Part shown: positions 18,059 through 25,667 of the stretch, in pieces | How positions within the stretch are numbered: position 1 is the stretch's first letter | Layout of the letters: every line of letters starts with the position of its first letter | Assembly: GCA_016193315.1 (NCBI GenBank) | Contig: JACPSJ010000001.1 | Span: forward strand, 599,478 to 663,477 | From: Candidatus Kerfeldbacteria bacterium | GTDB taxonomy: Bacteria > Patescibacteriota > Patescibacteriia > SBBC01 > CAIJZX01 | Direction: 5' to 3' | DNA length: 64,000 nt | Translations under genes and position numbers: made by a program | The notes under the pieces: generated by a model | Databases searched by the model: none | The model's input: the letters and a program-made list of their open reading frames with translations, nothing else | What the model was told of the DNA's origin: nothing

Positions 18059-18567
18059 TAATATCGTCAGCTGCCAAGTTCTTGACGGTGTTGTGCGGGA
18101 TGGCGTAGTACATGACCGCCGCTTGCACCTGAGAATGGTCTAAACGGAGCCAGTGCCCGTATTCATGTCGCCGCACCGTTCGCAGGTCGTGCCATGCCCC
18201 GCTGGTGTAGGGCGGATTGAAGTTATGGAAGTTATTGACGTAGATCTCGGCTTTGACGATATCGCCGCTGAACACATACCGGCGATACGTCTTAGCGTAA
18301 GCCAGAACATCGGACTGCTCATAGTAGTAGCCCATCTTGTTCGCCGATCCATCCTGGCTGTAGAAGTTGAACTGCGCGCCGGCGTTGTTCCAACTCCCGA
18401 TGGCGTCGCTGGCCGACGTCCGCCAGGCGTTGATCAGCAATCCGGAAGTGTTGGCGCCAACCTTCGGAAAACTCCCGCCCCACCGGTAACCGGCGTACTT
18501 GTAAGCCTGAACCGGCTGCCAGGGGAACGCCAAAAACAATGGCCAGGACGATCAAGGTAACTATCAA
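18027..18567 (-). pseudogene. Secreted metzincin-type zinc metalloprotease (HExxHxxGxxH), frameshifted at a homopolymer
   Basis: 'HEYGHWLRLDHS' metzincin motif in the 18027..18539 frame. The signal peptide 'MIVTLIVLAIV...' is in another frame (TTG at 18567). Deleting one T of the T5 run (plus-strand A5 at 18532-18536) gives the continuous 'MIVTLIVLAIVLAFPWQPVQA|YKYAGYRW' with an AxA cleavage site. Confidence 0.6.
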
Positions 18568-18632
18568 TCTCGTACTTGCGTCTCCTAACTAGCCGCTAGC
18601 CTGTCTTCGACCAAACAAAAACCGGCGGCCGA

Positions 18633-19442
18633 ATGAACCGCGTTCTACGCGGCGCCAAGCCTCCGTGTCTAGATTTAGCGTACGCCTTCCACCCCGCTCG
18701 TCAACAATACTTATCCCCCGCCGTCGCCCCTCGGCAAGCTCGGGACAGGCGACGGCGCTCCGGACAGACTTGGTCTCTAAGAACCGGCTCGAAATATGGT
18801 ACAATTCTGCCAGTGACTGCCAGCGCGCGCCTACCAGAAGCAATTCGCATCTTTCTCCTCGGCCACTTCATCCACTGGGGCGCGTTAGCGTTGGTCGACC
18901 GGATGGTGGCGAACTATCCGTCCGTCTCCGACATTCTCCTCGATCGGCTCCCCCCGCTTAAACTGTTTCTCATCGGCGAGCTGTACTTTGCCGGCCTGCT
19001 CATTTTTTACCTCTGGCACTTCTCCCGCCGCCAAAGCCAGGACTTATCGTACGGGCTGGCGGTCGTTGGGTTGTTCTACGCGCTGCGGGGGCTGTTTCTC
19101 CTTTTCTTACCCATTGGCGGGCCGCACGGCGCCATTCCACCGACCGACCGCTTCGTCCTCTGGCCCTTCCCAAGCCATGCCTACTTCCCCGGCGGCCACC
19201 TCGGGCTGATGTTCCTGCTCGGTTTTCTTCTTCGCGATCGGCAGGGGCGGCGCTGGTTCCTTATCGGCGCCGCCATCTTCGGTCTTGGTTCGCTCCTGAC
19301 GAAAGCGCATTACACTGCTGACCTTCTCGGCGGCTTGCTGCTCGGATACGGAGTATTCCTATACGGTGAGCGAGCCTTACGCCAGCGATACGCCCCGGTA
19401 ACTCCCCGCTCCCCATCGCCCGTCGGCGGCGCCAGCCAATAG
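18633..19442 (+). CDS. PAP2-like membrane phosphatase family protein (tentative)
   Basis: Multi-TM protein with 'PSHAYFPGGH' (PSGH-like) and 'TKAHYTADLLGG' (SR-x5-H-x3-D-like) motifs. The N-terminal ~60 aa of the ORF are R-rich and probably not translated, so the start is uncertain. Confidence 0.4.
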   Translation: MNRVLRGAKPPCLDLAYAFHPARQQYLSPAVAPRQARDRRRRSGQTWSLRTGSKYGTILPVTASARLPEAIRIFLLGHFIHWGALALVDRMVANYPSVSDILLDRLPPLKLFLIGELYFAGLLIFYLWHFSRRQSQDLSYGLAVVGLFYALRGLFLLFLPIGGPHGAIPPTDRFVLWPFPSHAYFPGGHLGLMFLLGFLLRDRQGRRWFLIGAAIFGLGSLLTKAHYTADLLGGLLLGYGVFLYGERALRQRYAPVTPRSPSPVGGASQ

Positions 19443-19514
19443 ACAAATCTTGGTGGCCCGATGGTGGTGAATGGACCAATGACCGGCGCCGCCCGGCACG
19501 ACGGAGAGGGGGGA

Positions 19515-19537
19515 CCGCTGAACCGAAGGTTCAGCGG
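19515..19537 (-). terminator. Hairpin downstream of ssb
   Basis: 'ccgctgaacc gaa ggttcagcgg', a 10-bp perfect stem just after the ssb stop. No U-tract. Confidence 0.35.
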
Positions 19538-19546
19538 TGGGTGAGG

Positions 19547-19954
19547 TTACTCCGACACCTCGTCTACGTCTACATCCTCCTTGACTAACTTCTTCGCCAC
19601 CGGGTCGGCCGTCGGTTTGGCTGTCCGGTGGCCGAGCATAATCATGTTGTCGGCCACGACTTCTTTGGCCGTCCGCTTCTGACCGTCCTTGGTCGTGTAC
19701 TTGCGGTTGCGCAGTCGGCCTTCAACGTAGAGCTTGCTGCCTTTCTTGACATACTGCTGGACGATCTGGCCCAGCTTGCCCCAGGCAATGACGTCATGGA
19801 AGTCGACCGCTTCCTTTTTCGTCTTCGTCTTCGCGTCCTGCCAGGCGTAATTCGTCGCCAGGCTGAAGCGAGTAATATTTTGCCCTGACGGGAGCGACCT
19901 CGACTCCGGGTCGCGGACCATGTTCCCGATCAGGGTGACTTTGTTGAGGTCCAT
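19547..19954 (-). CDS. ssb: Single-stranded DNA-binding protein
   Basis: 135-aa OB-fold SSB: 'KVTLIGNMVRDPESRSLPSGQNITRFSLATN...FHDVIAWGKLGQ' with an acidic C-terminal tail 'DVDVDEVSE'. Confidence 0.85.
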   Translation of the reverse strand: MDLNKVTLIGNMVRDPESRSLPSGQNITRFSLATNYAWQDAKTKTKKEAVDFHDVIAWGKLGQIVQQYVKKGSKLYVEGRLRNRKYTTKDGQKRTAKEVVADNMIMLGHRTAKPTADPVAKKLVKEDVDVDEVSE

Positions 19955-20141
19955 GCCTCAGTCTCCCTTTGCCCCGAACCTAACGGTTCGGGATTCTTAT
20001 CCAGCACCAAACATGCCTCCGCGCGCTGGAGCCAAGACCCACCATCGATCGTCATCCCTGGTCACCAACGACAAGCATGAAGATCGGTACACACCCATCA
20101 CAAACGCGGTGGCTGGTCCGTGCAAGCCACCGTTGTTAAAC

Positions 20142-20567
20142 CTATTGTACACCCACCCAGGACGCCGTCAAGTATTTCAGATAGGACGGTCGGTGTTGGG
20201 GCGCGAATGTGATCCGGTGGAAATCTGAGCGTCGAACCCAGATCACGATTTCGCGCTCGCGATTCTTCAACGTCTGCTCTTCAGCCACGGACACGCCAAA
20301 CGCCACGCCGACGACGTTCAGATTCGCCCCGGCGCTAAACCAGTTCCAAGCGAACAGCGGACGTTCATCAACCTGGCACTGTTCAAGACCGAGTTCTTCG
20401 TGTAGTTCACGCCGCAAGCCGTCAAGAAGATCCTCACCGGTCCGAAGACGGCCGCCGGGCAAGTCAACATGCCCCTGAGCATGACGCATCACCAGCAATC
20501 GTCCATCGCGGCGGATGACGGCCTTCGCGATGATGGTCGTGACGGGATGGATGGCCGGCGAATTCAT
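20142..20567 (-). CDS. NUDIX hydrolase
   Basis: Nudix box 'GGRLRTGEDLLDGLRRELHEELGL' (GX5EX7REUXEEXGU). Confidence 0.8.
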   Translation of the reverse strand: MNSPAIHPVTTIIAKAVIRRDGRLLVMRHAQGHVDLPGGRLRTGEDLLDGLRRELHEELGLEQCQVDERPLFAWNWFSAGANLNVVGVAFGVSVAEEQTLKNREREIVIWVRRSDFHRITFAPQHRPSYLKYLTASWVGVQ

Positions 20568-21487
20568 GCTCCGTGCGGATTCATATTGGGAAGTCTTTCA
20601 CCATGTTTGAGAAACCGATCGAACCAAGCGACAGTTTGCCGATGCACGTCCTGCCAGTGTTCATGAATCCCATGATCGGCTCCCTCGTATACGATCAGCC
20701 GCACCGGTCGGCGCAGTCGCATCAGCGCCTCCGCCATCCGAATACTTTCCGTCGGCCGAACCCGCCAGTCTGCCGTGCCATGCAGAAGTAACAGTGGGGT
20801 TTTTGGTGCAAGTTTGGCCGGCCAATAGATCGCTGACCGCTGCTTCATGGCTGACACGAGTCGTCTCCCTTTGGCTGGAATCAACTTCTTGTAGACATTC
20901 CGGAGCATGTTCGGACGGTACCGACTGCTGGCGATCAGATCGCTCGATCCCCCGCCGACGACGGCCGCCTTGATGGTTCTCAGTTTCTTCAGTGCCAGAT
21001 AGGTCATCATGCCGCCTCGACTCCAGCCATACATCCCAATTCGATGCGTGTCGGCAAACCGCAGCTGCCGCAAACACGGAATGAGATTGAGAACGTCTTG
21101 GACATCTCGCCCGCCATATTCTTCCCGGCCGTCACCGCCGGCCACCCCGCGATACTGCGAGGCGATCACCACGTATCCGGCTTCGGCCAAAGGTGCCAAG
21201 ATGGAATGAACGTGGTGCAGCGTCAGCTGTCCAAAATCTTCGTTCCCGCCGCGGTTGTAGATGATGGCCGGTACCTTACCGCGGTGACGCTTCGGGTAAA
21301 CCAAGAAACCCCTGACTCGAAGCCGGCCACTCCAATAGGTAATTTCTTCAACCGCCAATCCGGCGCCCCGACGACGCCAAAGCGCGAGCGTGCTCGGAAG
21401 AATGCCTGGAACAGTCGCCCGGATTGCTCGGGCGTCGAAACGAAATCGTTTCCGTTCATGAAAACCTTCGGCTGGTTTACTCGACAT
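20564..21487 (-). CDS. Alpha/beta hydrolase (S9 peptidase / dienelactone hydrolase-like)
   Basis: Nucleophile elbow 'GWSRGG', Asp 'HGTADWRV' and His 'GADHGIHEH' in the canonical order. Its stop overlaps the NUDIX start by 4 nt. Confidence 0.7.
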   Translation of the reverse strand: MSSKPAEGFHERKRFRFDARAIRATVPGILPSTLALWRRRGAGLAVEEITYWSGRLRVRGFLVYPKRHRGKVPAIIYNRGGNEDFGQLTLHHVHSILAPLAEAGYVVIASQYRGVAGGDGREEYGGRDVQDVLNLIPCLRQLRFADTHRIGMYGWSRGGMMTYLALKKLRTIKAAVVGGGSSDLIASSRYRPNMLRNVYKKLIPAKGRRLVSAMKQRSAIYWPAKLAPKTPLLLLHGTADWRVRPTESIRMAEALMRLRRPVRLIVYEGADHGIHEHWQDVHRQTVAWFDRFLKHGERLPNMNPHGA

Positions 21488-21547
21488 GATTGAGAGAAAA
21501 ATTCCAGGGGGTCAGAGTCAATTCTATCACTGACCCCCTGGTTGAGA

Positions 21548-22069
21548 CTATGCGGCGCTGAACGCGACGAGCGCCGGCAGCGGTTCCGTCCGCCGCGACG
21601 TCACCCGATGGCAGCCGACTTCCGCGCATTCGCCGATGCACTGGCTGCCGCCGTCTTCGCAGTCCCCGACCAGGGACAGATCCCGGTCGGAGCTTGCACC
21701 GGCCGGCAGCCACAGGTGCTTCCGCACCGGGCTGTCCGGGAAGGAGGTGAAGACTTCTTCCAGACTGTTCTGGAACTGGGCGACCGGATTCGGCATCGGC
21801 CGGTGATGAATGAAGCGCCCAAGATGTGCCAGGCAGAACGCTTCGTACCGTTCGGTATGGAGCACGAAGGCGTGCCAGGCCGTGTCGACGAGCGCCGATG
21901 GTGCATGCGCATCCCTGCCGGTCACGCACAACACCAGAAACTTCAGCATCTCATCCCACCGCTCCTGGGCATCGGCCGTGGGGACGTCTTCGTGATCGGC
22001 CAGATACTGGATGATCTCGTCCGGATGGAAGTCCCGGACTTCGAGGTACAGCTGATTCGGGGTCTTCAT
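21548..22069 (-). CDS. Hypothetical protein with a Cys-rich C-terminus
   Basis: 173 aa of diverse composition. The opposite-strand ORF (21542..22120) is R-rich shadow. C-terminal 'CEDGGSQCIGECAEVGCH' cluster. Confidence 0.45.
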   Translation of the reverse strand: MKTPNQLYLEVRDFHPDEIIQYLADHEDVPTADAQERWDEMLKFLVLCVTGRDAHAPSALVDTAWHAFVLHTERYEAFCLAHLGRFIHHRPMPNPVAQFQNSLEEVFTSFPDSPVRKHLWLPAGASSDRDLSLVGDCEDGGSQCIGECAEVGCHRVTSRRTEPLPALVAFSAA

Positions 22070-22106
22070 AGAACAACTCCATTCTTGAACAACCGTGATC
22101 GGCGAC

Positions 22107-22346
22107 CTACCAGTTCATGAATTCGCTCGGCCCGAGGGCTACTTCGACAAGCGTTACCATGCCTCCTTTCTCCTCGCACTGATGGCAAGGCCTTTGGCGG
22201 GATGGTTCTCGTCCGTAGCCGCTACAGCTCGGACATTCGATGAACCTGACAACCGTACTCGGCAACAGTTTGGCAAAAAGTGTGGTCAGGAAAATCTGCA
22301 TTGGACTTTCACCTCCGTTGAGTTTGAAAGAACATCGCTCTCCCAT
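22107..22346 (-). CDS. Small zinc-ribbon protein (CPxC...CxxC)
   Basis: 79 aa with 'ECPSCSG' and 'CHQCEE' pairs. Confidence 0.35.
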   Translation of the reverse strand: MGERCSFKLNGGESPMQIFLTTLFAKLLPSTVVRFIECPSCSGYGREPSRQRPCHQCEEKGGMVTLVEVALGPSEFMNW

Positions 22347-23036
22347 CTCCCCACCGGCGCGGGATAGACAAACTTTGGTGGCTTGGCAGTTTGGCTTGGA
22401 AGGTTCGCCGCGCGGCGGGGAGATGGGAAAGGACGAAGGCTACGGGATCAGGATGTCCCAGGGGCCTTGGGATAGCGAGCGACCCGGCCGATGGTCGGCA
22501 GGGTCGTGAACTTGGCTCCGGACGTGGGTCTGTGAGCGGCTGAAGGTGAGCCACTGGTAGTTATGGAAAAAACCGACGCCTTTGAAGCGCTTTTTGAAAT
22601 GTAGTTGATAGAGTCTGAGAACGGCTAAGAGTTGCATCGTCAGGTGGTTATCCACTTTCTGCGCGACGGCGCTACCAAGCGACGGCGCAAACGCAAAACT
22701 ATCTTCGAACCTCCATTTTTCGGGACTTGTGAAGACCGTTTGGGTCTTGATATTCATTCTTGCGACGGCGCTATTTTCTGCGACGGCTTTATGGTTCCAA
22801 AATTGTAGCGCGAAAAATGGTGGCCGTCAAGTGTGGCTGTCGAGAAACTTACTTGATCAGGAAATAATGTTCGGTTTGCCCACCCCAAGAACAGCCATCC
22901 AACTGCCGGCGCGCTAACTATCCCCTGACCCTCGGCCTTTACAATGCCATCATTTCGTTTTATGCTATGTGCGCAAAAGTTTTTGGGTAGGTACCGAAGC
23001 GGTCACCCCGCCCCACATTCATTCAAAAGACGTCGC

Positions 23037-23122
23037 GGGCAGTTAGCGAAGTGGTCAAACGCGGCTGACTGTAAATCAGCTGGCTCCGGCCTTCGTAGGT
23101 TCGAATCCTACACTGCCCACCA
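23037..23122 (+). tRNA. tRNA-Tyr (anticodon GTA), type II with a long variable arm, CCA encoded
   Basis: Acceptor 'gggcagt'/'actgccc'; anticodon stem 'gctga/tcagc' with loop 'ctGTAaa'; 14-nt variable arm; T-arm 'gtagg TTCGAAT cctac'; discriminator A; 3' CCA. Confidence 0.85.
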
Positions 23123-23247
23123 AAAAAAAGAGTGTGGGGCGGGGCGAATCCTGCCCTACCCACCATCTGGGAATGACCCAGGCCCTTTGGGTTATTTGGC
23201 CGTGCTATACTGAAACCATTCAGAGATTACATTATTAACATCACTCT

Positions 23248-23700
23248 ATGGGCACCACCAAAAAGACCACCAAGCCGCCCAAGGTATTCTCTGACTTTGA
23301 ATTGTCGGCGATGCGGGAACGCGGCCACGAGCTCCGGGCGGAGGCACGAGTGAAAAAGAACAAAACCGAGGGAGAACGTATCGCCCTCGCGAGAATTGCG
23401 CAGATGAAAGGACTTGACCAGGCAATGGCTAAGCGAATCCATACCATCATCACCACCAACGCACCCAGCCTCAGGCCCAAAACCTGGTACGGAATGCCGG
23501 CATACGCCAACAAGGACGGAAAGGTTGTCTGCTTTTTTCAAGACGCGAAGAAATTCAAAGCCAGATACGCGACGCTGGGTTTTAGCGACCTGGCCAAACT
23601 TGATGACGGTGCGATGTGGCCAACTTCATTCGCGCTGAAGAAACTGACCCCGGCCGACGAGAAAAAGATCGCCGCGCTCGTGAAGAAAGCGGTAAGCTAA
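23248..23700 (+). CDS. Hypothetical protein (possibly DUF1801/YdhG-like)
   Basis: 150 aa, lysine-rich, with a 'WYGMPAY' motif. Its last 36 nt are duplicated at 24472..24507. Confidence 0.45.
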   Translation: MGTTKKTTKPPKVFSDFELSAMRERGHELRAEARVKKNKTEGERIALARIAQMKGLDQAMAKRIHTIITTNAPSLRPKTWYGMPAYANKDGKVVCFFQDAKKFKARYATLGFSDLAKLDDGAMWPTSFALKKLTPADEKKIAALVKKAVS

Positions 23701-23744
23701 GGGTTAAGATTGCCGCCACGGTAACGTCTTCGAGCATTGCTCAC

Positions 23745-24425
23745 ATGAGACTGAAGAAAAAAGTTGTTGTGATCACCGGGGGGAGCAAAGGCTTGGGCAA
23801 GGCCTTAGCTTCTGAATTCGTAAAAGAAGGATCAGTCGTAGTCATTAGCGCCCGAAATAGGAAAGAGCTTTGGAATACTGCTCGTGAATGCAGGGCAATC
23901 CCTTTTGTGGCCGACATAACGAAAGAACAAAATATCATGAGCCTTGCGAAGTTTGTGAAAAAAAGGTTGGGCCGCATTGATGTGTGGGTAAATAATGCTG
24001 GCGTGACCATCCCACACTCCGACATTGACGGTATTACGTCTGAGGCGGCGCACAACGTTATGGAGGTTAATTTCTTTGGTACGTTTTACGGCCTACAAGC
24101 AGTCATTCCAATCATGAAAAAACAACATCACGGAACTATTGTTAACATTATTTCCATGAGCGCTTTGGTTGGGCGCCCTCGTTCATTGATGTACTCATCG
24201 AGCAAATGGGCAGCACGAGGATTGACGGAAGGAATTCGGATGGCGCTGAAGCCTAAACGCATTTCAATCATTGCCGTTCATCCAGGTGGCATGAAGACTA
24301 CTATCTTCGGCAAGCATTTACCGCAAGGGTATGACGATTGGATGGAGCCCGATTTTGTGGCTAAGAAGATAATTCAAAATCTCAAGCGCGCTAAACCCCG
24401 CGAAGAAATTGTTATTCATAGGTGA
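23745..24425 (+). CDS. Short-chain dehydrogenase/reductase (SDR)
   Basis: 'VVVITGGSKGLGKALA' (TGxxxGxG), 'NNAG' and the catalytic 'YSSSK' (YxxxK). It is visibly AT-richer than its surroundings. The ORF track starts at 23616, but the first plausible ATG is 23745. Confidence 0.8.
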   Translation: MRLKKKVVVITGGSKGLGKALASEFVKEGSVVVISARNRKELWNTARECRAIPFVADITKEQNIMSLAKFVKKRLGRIDVWVNNAGVTIPHSDIDGITSEAAHNVMEVNFFGTFYGLQAVIPIMKKQHHGTIVNIISMSALVGRPRSLMYSSSKWAARGLTEGIRMALKPKRISIIAVHPGGMKTTIFGKHLPQGYDDWMEPDFVAKKIIQNLKRAKPREEIVIHR

Positions 24426-24471
24426 TATTTCAACTTGTGACGTCTATCAAAGCCTCAGGATTTTCTTCAGA

Positions 24472-24507
24472 GAAAAAGATCGCCGCGCTCGTAAAGAAAG
24501 CGGTGAG
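24472..24507 (+). repeat. 36-nt direct repeat duplicating the 3' end of 23248..23700 (partner at 23662..23697)
   Basis: 'gaaaaagatcgccgcgctcgt(a/g)aagaaagcggt(g/a)ag' occurs at both places. The two copies bracket the low-GC SDR gene. Confidence 0.7.
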
Positions 24508-24508
24508 T

Positions 24509-24590
24509 CCCGTTAGAAATCTACTGACGTAGTGGGAAAATAGTTCAGACATCGAGATTTTATAGTAGGGAATTTCTAACGGGATGAGCT
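24509..24590. repeat. Inverted-repeat element 'tcccgttagaaat ... atttctaacggga' (13-bp arms, ~55-nt spacer), copy 1
   Basis: Perfect 13-bp arms visible in the sequence. A second copy with 11-bp arms is at 48192..48271. Confidence 0.6.
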
Positions 24591-25006
24591 GCGGACGAAA
24601 CTCGCACTGGGACCCGCCCGAGGCGGCTTCTGTGTTTCATACCATACTTTCCTTGGGTCCGCTCGCCGGCAACTCCGGCACCTGGAAATCCTCGGTTCCC
24701 AACAACCAGGTTCCCCGCCCTTCGGCGGGGTGAACTCCGACAGACGCAGGCGGTCCATCGCCTGAACCTCTACTAAGAGCACTGGTATAGGCTAAGAGTC
24801 ATAGTGACAATCGTGAAGCTCCACGGCTTCAGCCTCCTCCGCCGAAGTAGCTTCGGCTGCGAAGGCCGGGCATCCACGGGCTAACTCCCGTGGCTTTCTG
24901 CTGAGCCACGTATTACGTGGCAGAGGCGGGTAAAAACCCAAGCTTAGAAACCTCTCCATCGTGGTAAGGGGTTGACTTCGGGAAAACTTCGGTTTTTAAT
25001 AGGAGT

Positions 25007-25357
25007 ATGTCCGACCGAGCGCAGCGCTACCAACCCACTCCCCTGTCTCTACCGACCACGGTACCGGAGAAAATCCGCCAGCCGGTGCGGGTGGCGGTAG
25101 ACTTTCCGGCGAAGCCACGGCGGGAGCCGGGCAAGCCGGACCCGGCTACGCCGGGTGCCGGACCGAAAATCAAGCCCTTGGCCTTTGTCTGGTCTGGCCG
25201 GAAATACCTCATCAAAAAGGTGAACCTGGTCTACAAGCGCCAGCACGGCGACCGCTGGCAGTGGTGCTTTGCGGTTTCGGATGAGGCGAATAGCTATGTC
25301 TTGGTCTACGACCCCGAAGAACTGACGTGGGTTTTGGAGGAGATATATGAGTTGTAG
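25007..25357 (+). CDS. Hypothetical protein immediately upstream of the dinB repeat array
   Basis: 116 aa: an N-terminal Pro/Arg-rich low-complexity region and a C-terminal 'FVWSGRKYLIKKVNLVYKRQHGDRWQWCFAVSDEANSYVLVYDPEELTWVLEEI' domain. A GGAG lies close to the ATG. Confidence 0.45.
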   Translation: MSDRAQRYQPTPLSLPTTVPEKIRQPVRVAVDFPAKPRREPGKPDPATPGAGPKIKPLAFVWSGRKYLIKKVNLVYKRQHGDRWQWCFAVSDEANSYVLVYDPEELTWVLEEIYEL

Positions 25358-25435
25358 GACGCGTCTCTCGCTTCCAGAGACCCTCTCACTGCGCTCAGGT
25401 GAGACGGCGACGGGCGCGGGGCCAGCATGAATTCT

Positions 25436-25667
25436 ATGCTACCACGTATCATTCTCCGTCTCGACATGAACAGTTACTTCGCTTCGGTGAAGCAGTCCCG
25501 CAGTCCTCGTTGCTACGGTCCTCGGGTGCGGGACTAATGGGATTCTCTATGTTGCCGCGTATCATATTACACCTCGACATGAACAGCTACTTTGCTTCGG
25601 TTGAACAGCCCCGCACCGCTCCCCTTCGCCAAGCTCAGGGTCGGGTGCGGGATTAGTCAAAAAATCT
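25436..25667 (+). repeat. Two extra tandem copies of the dinB 5' end (60 nt each), each followed by a GC-rich hairpin, upstream of the real dinB start
   Basis: Copy 1 starts at 25436, copy 2 at 25549, and the real gene at 25668. All encode 'MLPRIIL(R/H)LDMNSYFASV(K/E)Q'. The mini-ORFs end '...(P/G)RVRD*' inside the hairpins 'gtcccgca...tgcgggac' and 'cccgcacc...ggtgcggg'. Confidence 0.75.

Noticed and set aside
21542-22120. 192-aa plus-strand ORF opposite 21548..22069
   Set aside because: R/P-rich shadow frame. The minus-strand protein has balanced composition and a plausible Cys-rich domain.
24509-24590. Integron attC-type site for the 'cccgttag' inverted repeats
   Set aside because: attC has an inverse core (RYYYAAC) at the 5' end and a core (GTTRRRY) at the 3' end. 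Here the GTTAG half precedes the CTAAC half on both strands, and no integron integrase is present.
24430-25006. Possible RNase P RNA or tmRNA in the hairpin-rich non-coding region
   Set aside because: No 'GGAAAGUCCGGGC' or 'ACAGAANCCGGCUUA' P4 strands. No tRNA-like T-arm, CCA end or tag ORF ending in ...AA-stop on either strand. It is kept only as an unclassified structured region.
25436-25667. Diversity-generating retroelement (TR/VR pair) explanation for the dinB repeats
   Set aside because: DGR template repeats copy the 3' variable region of target genes and show adenine-specific mismatches. Here the copies are of the 5' end, the differences are mostly synonymous and not A-biased, and no reverse transcriptase is nearby.
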